Source: a virus
Taxonomy: Duplodnaviria > Caudoviricetes
Direction: 5' to 3' (one strand)
IMG/VR virus record: IMGVR_UViG_3300037743_000136
Span: 1 to 51,963 of that record
Length of the DNA: 51,963 bases
Shown here: positions 1 to 9,685 of the stretch, piece by piece
Layout of the letters: the number at the start of each line of letters is the position of its first letter
Position numbering within the stretch: the first letter of the stretch is position 1
Position numbers and translations under genes: made by a program
Notes under the pieces: model-generated
Databases searched by the model: none
Seen by the model: the letters and a program-made list of their open reading frames with translations, nothing else
What the model was told of the DNA's origin: nothing

Positions 1-1246
1 ACGTGCCGATCTCGATAGTCGGAGCATCGAGAACGCCTGTGACTCCAAAGCACGCAGCGGCGAGGCGCGAGGCTACTACGTTCAGACCTGCGACTGTCGA
101 GATCCCTGCCACAACCGCCTTGACCAGGGTGTCACCGTTCGAAGGGTAGGTGAGGGGATCGACCAGGAGATCGACCACGTCAACGTAGATATCGATCTCC
201 TCCGGTCGTGAGAACTTGACCGTATGCTCCAGTCCCTCAGCGTCGAGGGCGGTACCAATTTCGTCGCCGTGCGTCTCAATGCCAGCCGCAACCGAAGCCA
301 GGAGCTGATCCCAAATGTCCTGGTCTTCGCCCCCCTGAACCATGACTTCCACGGAATGCGGTGGCAGCCCGTCAGCGTCCGTCGTGTCAGTAGGGTTGTG
401 GAACACGGTGACCGACGTGACCCCGTCAAGCTCTCCAACGTCGCTTCGAATGGCGTCTACCGGTGCGGTACCGGGGCGGGTTAGCTCCGCAACACGGCGA
501 AGCCTGAGCTCCTCATCGGTCTCAATGTTCCGCCCAAGCGTAGCGTCAAGCAGATTGATCGCCATGTCCCAACCGGTGACCGGGGTCTCGATCTCGGTTA
601 GGTCCCCCGATAGCGCTACCAGTGGACCGGTCTCCACGGACGTTGCCTCGACGTCGACGGCGGCGAGGCCGTCGCCCAGATAGATCCAGGTGACGGTGTT
701 GTCGGCGAGGGTGTCACCCTGGTCGAGCCCATCGGGGTCGGGACCATCGGGGGTGTCACTGGTTCCCGCTACGGAGCACTGCCAAGCGGCATCAGTGCTC
801 GAGACCCGGTCACCGACGGAGTATGCTGTCGACGCTACCCATGCCGTGAGCGCCGCTAGCTCGACGGTCTCGACGGTCTCGAACTCAACGCCGGTGCTCA
901 CCGTGCTCACGCGGGAGCCCTCCCCGACCTCCGTAGTGTCGTCTCCCGTGAGCGTCAGGGTGGCCGTCGACGATGACGCCGGCAGCCTGAGCGTTCCTGT
1001 TAGGGCAGCGAGAGACGCTAGGCGGTCGTCTTCGGCCGCGTTGGGGTCGGTGGCGTGGTAGACTGCTTCGCTCAGCTCCCAGACGGCGGCGATTCTCTCG
1101 GCGACGATGCCGATGATCTTGCCGTCGACGGAGCCGTCAGAGAGATCTACGGAGTTTCCGAACTCCTCGCGGAAGTCGTCATTCATGCCCTCCCGGACCT
1201 CGGGCAAGGTCAGCGAGACGAAGCCGGTTTCAGTTAGACCCGCCAA
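1..1246 (-). CDS. Baseplate J/gp47-like wedge protein (runs off window start)
   Basis: Not in ORF track. Read manually from TTG at 1246: LAGLTETGFVSLTLPEVREGMNDDFREEFGNSVDLSDGSVDGKIIGIVAERIAAVWE...; follows the gp25-like wedge gene. Confidence 0.85.
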   Translation of the reverse strand, partial: MAGLTETGFVSLTLPEVREGMNDDFREEFGNSVDLSDGSVDGKIIGIVAERIAAVWELSEAVYHATDPNAAEDDRLASLAALTGTLRLPASSSTATLTLTGDDTTEVGEGSRVSTVSTGVEFETVETVELAALTAWVASTAYSVGDRVSSTDAAWQCSVAGTSDTPDGPDPDGLDQGDTLADNTVTWIYLGDGLAAVDVEATSVETGPLVALSGDLTEIETPVTGWDMAINLLDATLGRNIETDEELRLRRVAELTRPGTAPVDAIRSDVGELDGVTSVTVFHNPTDTTDADGLPPHSVEVMVQGGEDQDIWDQLLASVAAGIETHGDEIGTALDAEGLEHTVKFSRPEEIDIYVDVVDLLVDPLTYPSNGDTLVKAVVAGISTVAGLNVVASRLAAACFGVTGVLDAPTIEIGT

Positions 1247-1250
1247 GGTA

Positions 1251-1622
1251 TCAGAATCCTACCGCAGTTTGGCCCGAGGTGTCGCCGAATTCGGTCCGTA
1301 CGGCCCAATCCACGGACAATGCGCGGGTTTGGCCGTCAAAGTCAGCCGTCAGAGAAGTGATCTCCACGACGCCGGGGGACTTCAGGAGCTCCGTGCGGAT
1401 GATCTCCCTGGCTCGGGCGCGGTCGAACTTGCGTCCGAGTAGGTCTTCGAAGTAGGGCACACCTTCGTCGAGGTTGAGAAACCACTCGCCACGGAACAGC
1501 TTCAGACGCACTCGGATCCCCTGCGCCACGGCTTCGAGTCCGCTGACGAATTGGATCGGCACGACTAGATCGCCGTCGGCGTCGAGCTTGAAATCGATTG
1601 GTTCGTTAGCTAGTGGCATCAA
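1251..1622 (-). CDS. Baseplate wedge / sheath initiator (gp25/W-like)
   Basis: AVAQGIRVRLKLFRGEWFLNLDEGVPY motif; sits before baseplate J. Confidence 0.8.
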   Translation of the reverse strand: MMPLANEPIDFKLDADGDLVVPIQFVSGLEAVAQGIRVRLKLFRGEWFLNLDEGVPYFEDLLGRKFDRARAREIIRTELLKSPGVVEITSLTADFDGQTRALSVDWAVRTEFGDTSGQTAVGF

Positions 1623-2139
1623 ATACCGCCCAGATTGTCGCCGTGGTTTGGAAGAAGGTATTTGAAAGAGTTCCGAACGGGGACGAGATGATCGACAACC
1701 TGTCCCCGGCGGAGAACGCGATCGTGGCAGTGTCGCTGCCTTGGTTTACCGAGCCAGTCTCCAAATCAACGAACAGATCGGCGTTACTTCCGTTGATTCG
1801 GACGCGGTAGCGGATGTCCTCTGTCGCCGATCCTGCGTTACCGTGGCGCGCGGTTAGGGCGCGAATCTCCCCGTCCGAAGGGGCTACAATCGATTGCTCA
1901 TTTGAAGATACACCCGCTCCGGTAGTAACGGATCCCGGAAGCAGGTAAAGGATGCTGGTAGCGTGAACGTCTCGGCAGGCGAACACGAGCGGCACCACCG
2001 GTCGGAACTGGTTAACCAGCTCGTGAGCGAACGCTCGCCAAACGATCTGTTGCTTCTCTTTGAAAGTCTCCCCAGAGGAAGTGTCGGTCTCCATCAGGGC
2101 GGCTTCGAGGACGTCGCCCAGTGTGTCGGCGTGGCTCAC
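1606..2139 (-). CDS. Hypothetical virion protein
   Basis: Coupled ORF inside the baseplate operon; beta-rich C-terminus. Confidence 0.6.
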   Translation of the reverse strand: MSHADTLGDVLEAALMETDTSSGETFKEKQQIVWRAFAHELVNQFRPVVPLVFACRDVHATSILYLLPGSVTTGAGVSSNEQSIVAPSDGEIRALTARHGNAGSATEDIRYRVRINGSNADLFVDLETGSVNQGSDTATIAFSAGDRLSIISSPFGTLSNTFFQTTATIWAVFDATS

Positions 2140-2705
2140 GAGATTTTGGTCTCCGTCTTGGCCAGGGCGTCGATCTGGGTCTGAAACGTCGTGAACGCTG
2201 CGTTAATTGCCGCGGTGACTCCTCCGCCGACACCCGCCGCGGCGGTAGCGACGGCCGAGATAAACGTCGCCATCGCGGTCATGAACTGGATCGCTTTGAA
2301 GGTCGGCTCGACCAGCCCTTTAGTACCCCATGGGATCGCGATGGCGTCACTCAGGGAATGGCGACGAAGGTCGCCGGGGTCTTTCACGGCGCCGCCGGTC
2401 GGCTTCCACTTGTCAATCGACGACTCTGCCATGATGAGCAGAACCAGATCGCCCTTCGCCACAGGAACGACGATCCGCCCGAGCCCTGCGCCGAAGAAAA
2501 CGACGAGGACATCGGTAATCACCGGAAGTTCGTCGACGGCGTACTCCCCTGACTCGTCAATGAACGAATGACCGATTAGCGGCTTCACCGACGCGCGCTC
2601 GGAGCTCGAGCTGTATGACTCGACCCGTCCGGGGACCATCGTGTGAACGTCGCGTAGGCGATCCTCTAGGGTTCCTGAGAACTGCTGTGTCAGGGACGGG
2701 ATCAC
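2136..2705 (-). CDS. Baseplate central spike (Gp138/GpV-like)
   Basis: VHTMVPGRVESY...PVAKGDLVLLI...SIDKW...RRHSLSDAIAIP; follows the hub gene. Confidence 0.8.
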   Translation of the reverse strand: MIPSLTQQFSGTLEDRLRDVHTMVPGRVESYSSSSERASVKPLIGHSFIDESGEYAVDELPVITDVLVVFFGAGLGRIVVPVAKGDLVLLIMAESSIDKWKPTGGAVKDPGDLRRHSLSDAIAIPWGTKGLVEPTFKAIQFMTAMATFISAVATAAAGVGGGVTAAINAAFTTFQTQIDALAKTETKIS

Positions 2706-3544
2706 AGCGGCTTAGCCTCCACGGAGGTTTCCCACTCCGAGCCGTGGGTGTCGCCGATATGCCGGCAGCTCTCGACCTTGAACAGCCCCTCAACGCTCCG
2801 GGACTGGACGTCGATTCGGCCACCGGGCTGGATCGCCGGGTGAAGGGAGATCGAAGCGTGCAGGGTGGGGGGTTTCTTTGGCTTCTCAGGCGACGCGAGC
2901 TCCGGGGAGCCGATCATGCCGGTATCGGACGAGACGACGATCGGGGCGTCGTCGACGGTGTCGAGGTCGCGGAGAATGACGAGCTGTCCGTCCTGAATCG
3001 ACCACGTCATTCCGAAGCGCGCCATCGCCGCGGTCAGGGCTCGGCTAGCGGAGCCGTGGAGTGCGAGCCCGGCGACGAACTGGCGATCGAATTCCTTGCC
3101 GGTTACTTTCGCCTTCAGTCCGAACTGCTTGGCGACCTCTTTGACCAGGTCCCGGGCGGTAACGCCGGCGCGATACGAGCGGTTTAACCGCGCGTGCCTG
3201 ATAGCTCGCTCGCCGTCGCCGCACTCGAGCCGGGTGACCCATTCGGTGGCGTCTCGCTTCGAGTACGCGAAGCGGAGATCACCTGAGAAGATGCGCTCGG
3301 TCTCGCCGTCGAATCCTGCTTCGAGCCGGACGTGGATTCGCGGTTTCTGTACCAGGGCGCGAGATCTCTCGGCGAGGTTGTAGATTTCGATGACAGCGCG
3401 GTTAGGTTCCTTGTCGAGATTCTTGTCGATCTCGAAACGGATTCGCAAGTCACGGATCGTTACCGAGTTGGTAGTGCGAAAGAACGATCCTTTGACTACC
3501 TCATAGATCGTCAGCGACGCCGTACGTTTGAAGAGTCTAGACAT
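2702..3544 (-). CDS. Baseplate hub protein
   Basis: LRIRFEIDK...IEIYNL...LEAGF...WSIQDGQL...TGMIGSP...HIGDTHG.EW. Confidence 0.8.
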   Translation of the reverse strand: MSRLFKRTASLTIYEVVKGSFFRTTNSVTIRDLRIRFEIDKNLDKEPNRAVIEIYNLAERSRALVQKPRIHVRLEAGFDGETERIFSGDLRFAYSKRDATEWVTRLECGDGERAIRHARLNRSYRAGVTARDLVKEVAKQFGLKAKVTGKEFDRQFVAGLALHGSASRALTAAMARFGMTWSIQDGQLVILRDLDTVDDAPIVVSSDTGMIGSPELASPEKPKKPPTLHASISLHPAIQPGGRIDVQSRSVEGLFKVESCRHIGDTHGSEWETSVEAKPL

Positions 3545-3851
3545 CGCTGTAATAGAGAACGATCACCCGGGTACCGAGATCGTCGAGGGCGGGCTTGAGT
3601 CCGGCGCCGGAAAGGTCGACGGCGAGGAAAGTGCCGGCGGGGCGGTCGGGGTGCGACGTGACTCCGAGCTTGGCTCCCAAGACGATCTTGATTCCCTGCT
3701 TGATGGGCGCGCCCTCGTTCGTGTTGATGTCCATGTACCAGGACTCCTCTCGGGAGTTCCAGCGGACATCGAGGGCGAAGTCGACCCCGTCGAGAGTGGT
3801 ACTCACGCGGTAGTTAGGGATCGACGGAGTGAGCGGTAGTAGCGCAGGCAT
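3537..3851 (-). CDS. Small baseplate protein
   Basis: TLDGVDFALDVRWNSREESWYMDI pattern; between the Dit-like and hub genes. Confidence 0.7.
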   Translation of the reverse strand: MPALLPLTPSIPNYRVSTTLDGVDFALDVRWNSREESWYMDINTNEGAPIKQGIKIVLGAKLGVTSHPDRPAGTFLAVDLSGAGLKPALDDLGTRVIVLYYSDV

Positions 3852-4361
3852 CTAGATTGGCGTCGGGTAAAGGGCGGTGACGGCGATCTTGGCCTGCCTT
3901 GGGGTATCGACCTGGTCGGCGCTCTTGTGCCCTCGGTTGACCTTCTTACGCGCGGGAGGGATCGCTACGCGAACGGTGGTGCGCTCGTTCGTCTTAAGAA
4001 CCACTTCCTTGAAGGTGGCGCGGAAGTTCAGGGCTTCCCCCGTACGCGCGTCCTCGGGGAAAGAGAGCCGCTCGAGAACCATGCTCGTATAGGTACGGCG
4101 AGGAGTCTCGACGGTGATAGGTTCTTTGTCGGCGCGAATCTTCTCGAGGTGGGCGCGTGCGTCGGCGGATGGGAGATCTCCGGTGCGCTCGATGAGTGGG
4201 CTGTCGGAGACGATGCCTTCGATGGTCAGAGAGATCGGTAGGTCGCGAACGTGGTCGGTAACGTCGGCTCCGTCTTCGACCGGGTACTCGGTGATCTCGG
4301 AGTCGAGGGCTGGATCGATCGCCGTGGCGACATCGATTGGGAATCCGGCGATGATCACCAT
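3852..4361 (-). CDS. Dit-like tail tube initiator / baseplate protein
   Basis: SEITEYPVEDGADVTDH motif; immediately after tape measure. Confidence 0.75.
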   Translation of the reverse strand: MVIIAGFPIDVATAIDPALDSEITEYPVEDGADVTDHVRDLPISLTIEGIVSDSPLIERTGDLPSADARAHLEKIRADKEPITVETPRRTYTSMVLERLSFPEDARTGEALNFRATFKEVVLKTNERTTVRVAIPPARKKVNRGHKSADQVDTPRQAKIAVTALYPTPI

Positions 4362-6022
4362 TAGAGACCCAGCTCCCGCATCTTCGTATCCCAGAACTTA
4401 GTGATCTCTCGCTTGGCGATCTCGACCGTCTTGTATGCGTCGGCATTGCCTGCGTGGATCTCTAGCTCGAGATTCAGGGTAGGGGCTAGGCCGCTAATCC
4501 CTGAGAGCTGTCGCGGTGCCTCGGGGACGATGTTGAACTCGGGGACTAGGGGCTGGTTACCTCCGCCCAGCCCCCCGCTCAGATCGTCGAGGGTGGAGCC
4601 AGGACGGAAGCCCAGGGCGCCGCCGTCGTTCCCCTCAAGGTTGCGCATCGCGCGAAGGGTGTCGATGATTCCCTCCGGCACCCCGGAGTCACGTAGCACC
4701 ATCTCATCACGCGCCTCTTCGCCGGCGAGACCCTGCTCGACGATCTCGCGCGGAGATAGTCCTGCCTTACGCCCCTCACGGATCACAGTACTGCGGGCAC
4801 CGCCTGCGACTGCTACAGGATCATCATCTCCGCGGAGGACGTCGACGAAGTGTGCTACGTCCTCGATTGCGCCAACTAGGTCCGACGCAAACCCTAACGC
4901 TGTCTCTAGCGCCTTGCTCATGGCTTCTACGCGCTCGGGTGTAAACGCTTCGGCGACCGCAACCTTTACGTTGTTCCAAGCCTTCTTTACTTTCGCCGCG
5001 CTGGACTTCTGGAACTTGTCGTAATCTTCGGCGACGTCATTAGCGTCCATCGTGCCGGCGGCAAGCTCATCCCAAGCGTCGCGATTTTTCGTCAGCTGGA
5101 TCGTCGCTGCTTCGGCTTCCTTCCGACCTAGAGCGTCGATTAGTAGTGTTGGATCTTTGGCGAGCTTGCTCTCCCCGAGATCCTTCATGATCGCGGAGAA
5201 CGATCGCATCCTCTTAACGCCGTTCTCATCCTTCGTGAATACCTGAATCTTGGCCTTCTCGAGCTTCGCCGCGTTCTTGACGATCGCGCTCATGAGTGAA
5301 CTCAGCTGCGTCGCGGCCTGACTGGCGGAGCCGGCGCCGCGCCGGGTGAGCTGGAGTGCGGCGTTCAGGTTCGCGAGTCCTCCAAGACCACCACCACCGG
5401 CGAAGCGTTCGGAGAGCGGGGCGATCTCTGACATGAGGCCGGCGACGTCCTTAAGCTCGATAGCGCCCGCCTTACCGCCAGCGATCAGGATCGAGAATGC
5501 CTTCTCAAAATCCTTGGGATCGATCTGCATGTTCTGCATCAGCGCCGCTGCCGACGTCGTGATGTCGTCCATACTGGCGCCTGACGCGACAGCGACCCTA
5601 GCAAAAGTCTTCATGGACTCTGACGCGGCTTTACCCTCGCCGGTTAGTGCGATGAACTGAGCAGTTCCTTTGAGCAGTTCTTCCTTGGCGACTCCGGTCG
5701 CCTTGGAGACTTTGAAGATCTGTTTCTGGACTTGATCCATCGAACCCATTGAACCCTTAGACGCGATGTCGAGCCGGGTCAGCTGCTCATTGAAGTTCAG
5801 CGCATCGCGCCCGGCGTCAACCATCGCTCCACCGACACGTCGGGCGGCGTTAGTGATGCCGCTGGCGATGTTGATGCCGAAGCCCGTGCCGATGTTCTTT
5901 TTGAGGCGCTGAAACTTCGACGTAGTCTTCTTATCGAAGTCGTCGATCTTGGCTTTGGCGCGCGCCCACTCGGCTTCGTTGGGTTTGATGCCGAGGGTGG
6001 CGAAGAGTTCGGCGACGTTCAT
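4361..6022 (-). CDS. Tail tape measure protein
   Basis: 553 aa, Ala/Lys-rich and helical; GKAGAIELKDVA motif; after the chaperones. Confidence 0.85.
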   Translation of the reverse strand: MNVAELFATLGIKPNEAEWARAKAKIDDFDKKTTSKFQRLKKNIGTGFGINIASGITNAARRVGGAMVDAGRDALNFNEQLTRLDIASKGSMGSMDQVQKQIFKVSKATGVAKEELLKGTAQFIALTGEGKAASESMKTFARVAVASGASMDDITTSAAALMQNMQIDPKDFEKAFSILIAGGKAGAIELKDVAGLMSEIAPLSERFAGGGGLGGLANLNAALQLTRRGAGSASQAATQLSSLMSAIVKNAAKLEKAKIQVFTKDENGVKRMRSFSAIMKDLGESKLAKDPTLLIDALGRKEAEAATIQLTKNRDAWDELAAGTMDANDVAEDYDKFQKSSAAKVKKAWNNVKVAVAEAFTPERVEAMSKALETALGFASDLVGAIEDVAHFVDVLRGDDDPVAVAGGARSTVIREGRKAGLSPREIVEQGLAGEEARDEMVLRDSGVPEGIIDTLRAMRNLEGNDGGALGFRPGSTLDDLSGGLGGGNQPLVPEFNIVPEAPRQLSGISGLAPTLNLELEIHAGNADAYKTVEIAKREITKFWDTKMRELGL

Positions 6023-6246
6023 CTATCACCCGGCTTCGAGTGAATCGCATCCTCCCAAGCGTCGAGCGTTCGGTACGCTGCAAATGCCTGGCTTAGAGTG
6101 ATCGTTTCCATCTCGGTCAAAGTGATTTTGTCGGCGAGCCAGAGACGCCTGACCATCCACGTGTCAGCGATGTCGTCGTCTAGCTCTAGACGCTTTCCTT
6201 GTCGCTGCCTCCGCCCAGAAACAGAACGGAGGCTTTGGCGAAAAAA
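6019..6246 (-). CDS. Tail assembly chaperone 'T' extension reached by -1 frameshift
   Basis: The -1 frame from the T TTT TTC slippery site (6246-6240) stays open to the TMP start. Confidence 0.7.
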   Translation of the reverse strand, partial: FFRQSLRSVSGRRQRQGKRLELDDDIADTWMVRRLWLADKITLTEMETITLSQAFAAYRTLDAWEDAIHSKPGDR

Positions 6247-6596
6247 TCGCCGTAGTGAACCTCGATCGCGTGCTTGGTCGCCTCTAGTAGGGCGAACATC
6301 TGCCCGGTGAAGACTTGGTTGATCGCTTCGTCGGAGTCGAGCTCGACGAGCTTTCCGTCGACCTCGAGGGTCGCGGAACGAAGCGACTCGCGGGCGAGAT
6401 CCTGAATCGTCTCGGGGTCGAGCTGAGACGACACAAGGATGATGAAAGTGACGGTGTTGAACTCTCCGGTAGCGAGCTGCTGTAGAAACGGCTTGCTCGC
6501 GACCTTCGCGATCCGCGACATGAGGGCGAGAGAACGCATCGCCGGAATGGGGGCGATACGGAGCTTGTGCCCGTTCGAGAGACGTCGAGACTCCAT
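6186..6596 (-). CDS. Tail assembly chaperone (G)
   Basis: Between tube and TMP; ends ...EVHYGDFF. Confidence 0.8.
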   Translation of the reverse strand: MESRRLSNGHKLRIAPIPAMRSLALMSRIAKVASKPFLQQLATGEFNTVTFIILVSSQLDPETIQDLARESLRSATLEVDGKLVELDSDEAINQVFTGQMFALLEATKHAIEVHYGDFFAKASVLFLGGGSDKESV

Positions 6597-6599
6597 AGG

Positions 6600-7031
6600 C
6601 TAGACCAGCGACCCGCCGACGTGGATGTTGAGCTGAGCGCAGAGCAGTCCCCACTCGCGACCACTGGCGGCGTCTCCGTAATCGATGTTCGCGAGGCGCA
6701 CGAGACGGGCGACCGGCGAGGCCACCAGCGTAGTGCCCAACAGGTTCTTCATCATCAGCGGCCCGAAGCCAGAGCGGAACAGCTTGTCATCCCGCGCCGC
6801 GGCGGAGAGTAGATCGTTGGTGTCCGACTCGGCCTTGAGGGTGAATCGAACGGTGCCGCTCTCGTCCGGGTTGTAGACGAAGGTGATGTCACCGCCGGCG
6901 CCGGGCGCCATCGACCAGGCATCGACGCTGCGCTCGACGTTGACGAAGGTGCCGGACATGACTCCGACGATCGGAATCTGACGCCACGTCAGAACGATCG
7001 CCGAGGGATCATAGGTCTTAGGTACGCTCAT
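6600..7031 (-). CDS. Tail tube protein (DUF3277-like)
   Basis: KTYDPS...GAGGD...SGTVRFTLKAESDTND.L...REW. Confidence 0.8.
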   Translation of the reverse strand: MSVPKTYDPSAIVLTWRQIPIVGVMSGTFVNVERSVDAWSMAPGAGGDITFVYNPDESGTVRFTLKAESDTNDLLSAAARDDKLFRSGFGPLMMKNLLGTTLVASPVARLVRLANIDYGDAASGREWGLLCAQLNIHVGGSLV

Positions 7032-7043
7032 TCAGTTAACTCC

Positions 7044-8387
7044 TTAGACCGAGACCAGTCCGGTGATCTTGCTGACCTTGTGGATGGAGCCAGCTCGCCT
7101 CGCCTCCCAATCGATATCGGGAAGCAGGCGGGCCGACTTGTTCGCGTCCGAGACATCGGCGACCTTGGGGACGGTGATAACGGGCTCGGGGTCGGCGGCG
7201 AGAATTCCCTGGTCGATGGCTCGGTCTAGGGAACCGCGCACTTCGTTCTCAATGGTCGCGACACCCGGATCGGTGTATGGGATCTTTTTGGCGAAAAGGA
7301 TCGCGGCGAAGACCGAGGTCCCCATGTCGTCCTCGATCCAGTCGTCGCCTGTGGTGACGTCGATGTAGTCGCCGTCGCCTCTCGTGCCTTCCCACGTGAA
7401 CGAGCGCCCTACCTCGCTCTTGAGGTAGTTCGCGTCTCGGTTCTGAATGTTCGTGCGCTGGGTCGTAGAGAGCTTCGGCGCGGCCACCCCGGCGAGCTCT
7501 TGGTAAGCCCAGGTGATGGTGCCGGGCAGGGCGGGGAGACACTTGCCAAGAACGCGCGCCCCGAGCATGTCGGCCGGCGACGGGTGGTAGTAACCCGAAC
7601 TTCGCTTGTAGCTCGCGGCCTGAATGTCCTCGAGGACGTCGGTCGCTGAGCCTACGACAACGGTCGCGGCGCTCGAGTCATTGACGTCGGGGACATAGAT
7701 TTTCTTCTCGGTCTCGATCCACGCTGCGGCGGCGGCGACGTAGTCGATCGAGTTATACAGGGTGTAAAGCCCATACCAACCGGAGTCAGCTTCGTTGATC
7801 GCGGCTAGGTCGGTCGCTAGGGTGGGGGTCGGCTCGGCGTGGTCCTCAACAATCGAGAGGTCGGCGAGGTTCAGAACCTCGAGAGAGAACCACTCGCCGG
7901 CGGCGTCTGCGGTGACGTCGAAGGTGCCGTCAGCGCCAGTGTCATCTACCGTAAAGTTTGCCCCGACGACAGCTTCCAGGGCGGTCTCGAAGGCGGCGGC
8001 GATGGTCGCGACCGTGTCGGCGCCGTCCGCGGTGACTTCGACCAGGGTTGAAGTCACGCCTTCGCCCTCGACCTGGATCTGATAGACGTGATCCTCGGTG
8101 GCGTGGATGACTTCGAGCGCGTAATTCTTGGTGGGCTTGCCTCCCGCGCGGCCGATGGCGATCTTCGCCGGGCGCGGCGACTGGGCGAACATTCCCGAAG
8201 CGGCGATGTACTCAGGGCTAGTGGTGACGGAGAAGTCTGACGCGACCTCCGTCAGATTCGAGTAGAACCGAATACGCTCCGCGAAACTGGCGTTGCAGCT
8301 CAGAATCATCGGAACGTTCTGAACGGTCTTATCCACGGCGCCGCCCGTGGTGGAAATCTCAATATCGACATGATCAGTCAGCGCCAT
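7044..8387 (-). CDS. Tail sheath protein (DUF3383-like)
   Basis: SPEYIAA..FAQSPRP; PGTITWAY; YIDV...DW; KIPYTDPG; AGSIH. Confidence 0.88.
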   Translation of the reverse strand: MALTDHVDIEISTTGGAVDKTVQNVPMILSCNASFAERIRFYSNLTEVASDFSVTTSPEYIAASGMFAQSPRPAKIAIGRAGGKPTKNYALEVIHATEDHVYQIQVEGEGVTSTLVEVTADGADTVATIAAAFETALEAVVGANFTVDDTGADGTFDVTADAAGEWFSLEVLNLADLSIVEDHAEPTPTLATDLAAINEADSGWYGLYTLYNSIDYVAAAAAWIETEKKIYVPDVNDSSAATVVVGSATDVLEDIQAASYKRSSGYYHPSPADMLGARVLGKCLPALPGTITWAYQELAGVAAPKLSTTQRTNIQNRDANYLKSEVGRSFTWEGTRGDGDYIDVTTGDDWIEDDMGTSVFAAILFAKKIPYTDPGVATIENEVRGSLDRAIDQGILAADPEPVITVPKVADVSDANKSARLLPDIDWEARRAGSIHKVSKITGLVSV

Positions 8388-8431
8388 TGGTTACCCTTTC
8401 GGTACGATACTTGCATGGTGGGGTGTCAGAG

Positions 8432-9685
8432 TTAAGCCAGGGGATTGGAGGGCACGTAGATCGACGCCCCGTCATTCTCTATCTCCACGAATTCAATAAG
8501 GGAACCGGGCTCTGACACGTCAGAGAACATCGAGAGCGTCACGCCGACCTGCGCCCGGGGCTCGAAGACGGATCCCATGACTCCGCCCATATGCTTGACG
8601 GAACCAGACCTGAGGTAGCCCACGCCAGCGGCCTGGAACGCCGCCTGCTGAGTCGGTAGGGCGGCGAGGGCGAGCGTCTTATCGAGCCGGGCGGCGGAGT
8701 TCAGGGCGCCAGTGGCGGCGCCGTCGAAGCACTGGATCGAGAGCACGATCTCCCGTGGCCCGCGCGAGTGGAACGTGACGTCATCGCCGTCTTCGACCGT
8801 GTCTGACCAGTCCGGTCCGTTGCGATTGACCGCGACGATCTTCAGGGTGGCGTGTGTGCCCTCCGGTCTAGGAGAATTCTGACCGGCCCATATGACCTTG
8901 GCTTCGGCGAGTCCTGTGCCACGGACCACCCAGGCGTGGATCGCGTCTTCGATCGTCGTCCAGAATGGGTGCGCTGTCTCGACGTCGAGAGGCGCGTTTA
9001 GAATCTCGGCGACCTGCGCGTCGGTGAGCGCTGGCTGATCCTGGTTCCACGCAGCGAAGTAGCCGACCTCGTAGCCGATCGGCGTCTGCGTGTTACCGCC
9101 AATCGACAGCGCGTGGATCGGCGACAAGTCTGCGGGGGTCACGTTGCCATAGGTGATGGTGTTGCGGCCGAAGCTCGTATCTATATGCAAACGGCCCGAG
9201 TCAGGGTCGATGCGGGTGATGACGTCGATCCAGGCCCCGACATGATCAGGGAGGGAACCGACGCCGACCTGGCGGCTGAATGGACCGTCATCGACGAGGA
9301 TGTTGATCACCTCGCTGGTGCCGTGCGCCTGCGCATACCAACGCGGGTCGGCGCCGTTCTGGCCGAACAGCATCCGAAACGCCGTCTCGCTCGGGATTTT
9401 GACGCGCGCCCATGCGGCACAGGGGCCTGCTCCGGGGTCCATAAAGACATCATCCGAGCAAACGAGGCGGGCGCTGGTGGCTCCTAACTGGATCGCCTTA
9501 CGCCCTGACTCTCCGTCGACGCCGAACACGACCGAGCTGATAGCGTCGAAGTGCCGCTCGCCGCCCGTCCAATCCTCCGCCTGATCCGAGCCCTCATCGT
9601 CCTGACAGGAGAGCCCTACGCCAGGCAGCTGCGCACTGTAGCTATCAGCCCAGTCAGCCGCGCTCTCGGGGTATCGTGTTTTCAC
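8432..9685 (-). CDS. Neck/tail terminator protein with N-terminal LamG-like domain
   Basis: C-terminal ~170 aa resembles a tail terminator (VIWAGQNSPRP, VLSIQCF, FEPRAQV). N-terminal beta-sandwich ends ALTDAQVAEI. Confidence 0.65.
   Translation of the reverse strand: MKTRYPESAADWADSYSAQLPGVGLSCQDDEGSDQAEDWTGGERHFDAISSVVFGVDGESGRKAIQLGATSARLVCSDDVFMDPGAGPCAAWARVKIPSETAFRMLFGQNGADPRWYAQAHGTSEVINILVDDGPFSRQVGVGSLPDHVGAWIDVITRIDPDSGRLHIDTSFGRNTITYGNVTPADLSPIHALSIGGNTQTPIGYEVGYFAAWNQDQPALTDAQVAEILNAPLDVETAHPFWTTIEDAIHAWVVRGTGLAEAKVIWAGQNSPRPEGTHATLKIVAVNRNGPDWSDTVEDGDDVTFHSRGPREIVLSIQCFDGAATGALNSAARLDKTLALAALPTQQAAFQAAGVGYLRSGSVKHMGGVMGSVFEPRAQVGVTLSMFSDVSEPGSLIEFVEIENDGASIYVPSNPLA

Noticed and set aside
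2702-2720. Baseplate hub also ends in AKPL with a GTGA overlap
   Set aside because: Only about 12 bp match the 45-46 kb junction repeat and the context is unrelated; probably coincidental.
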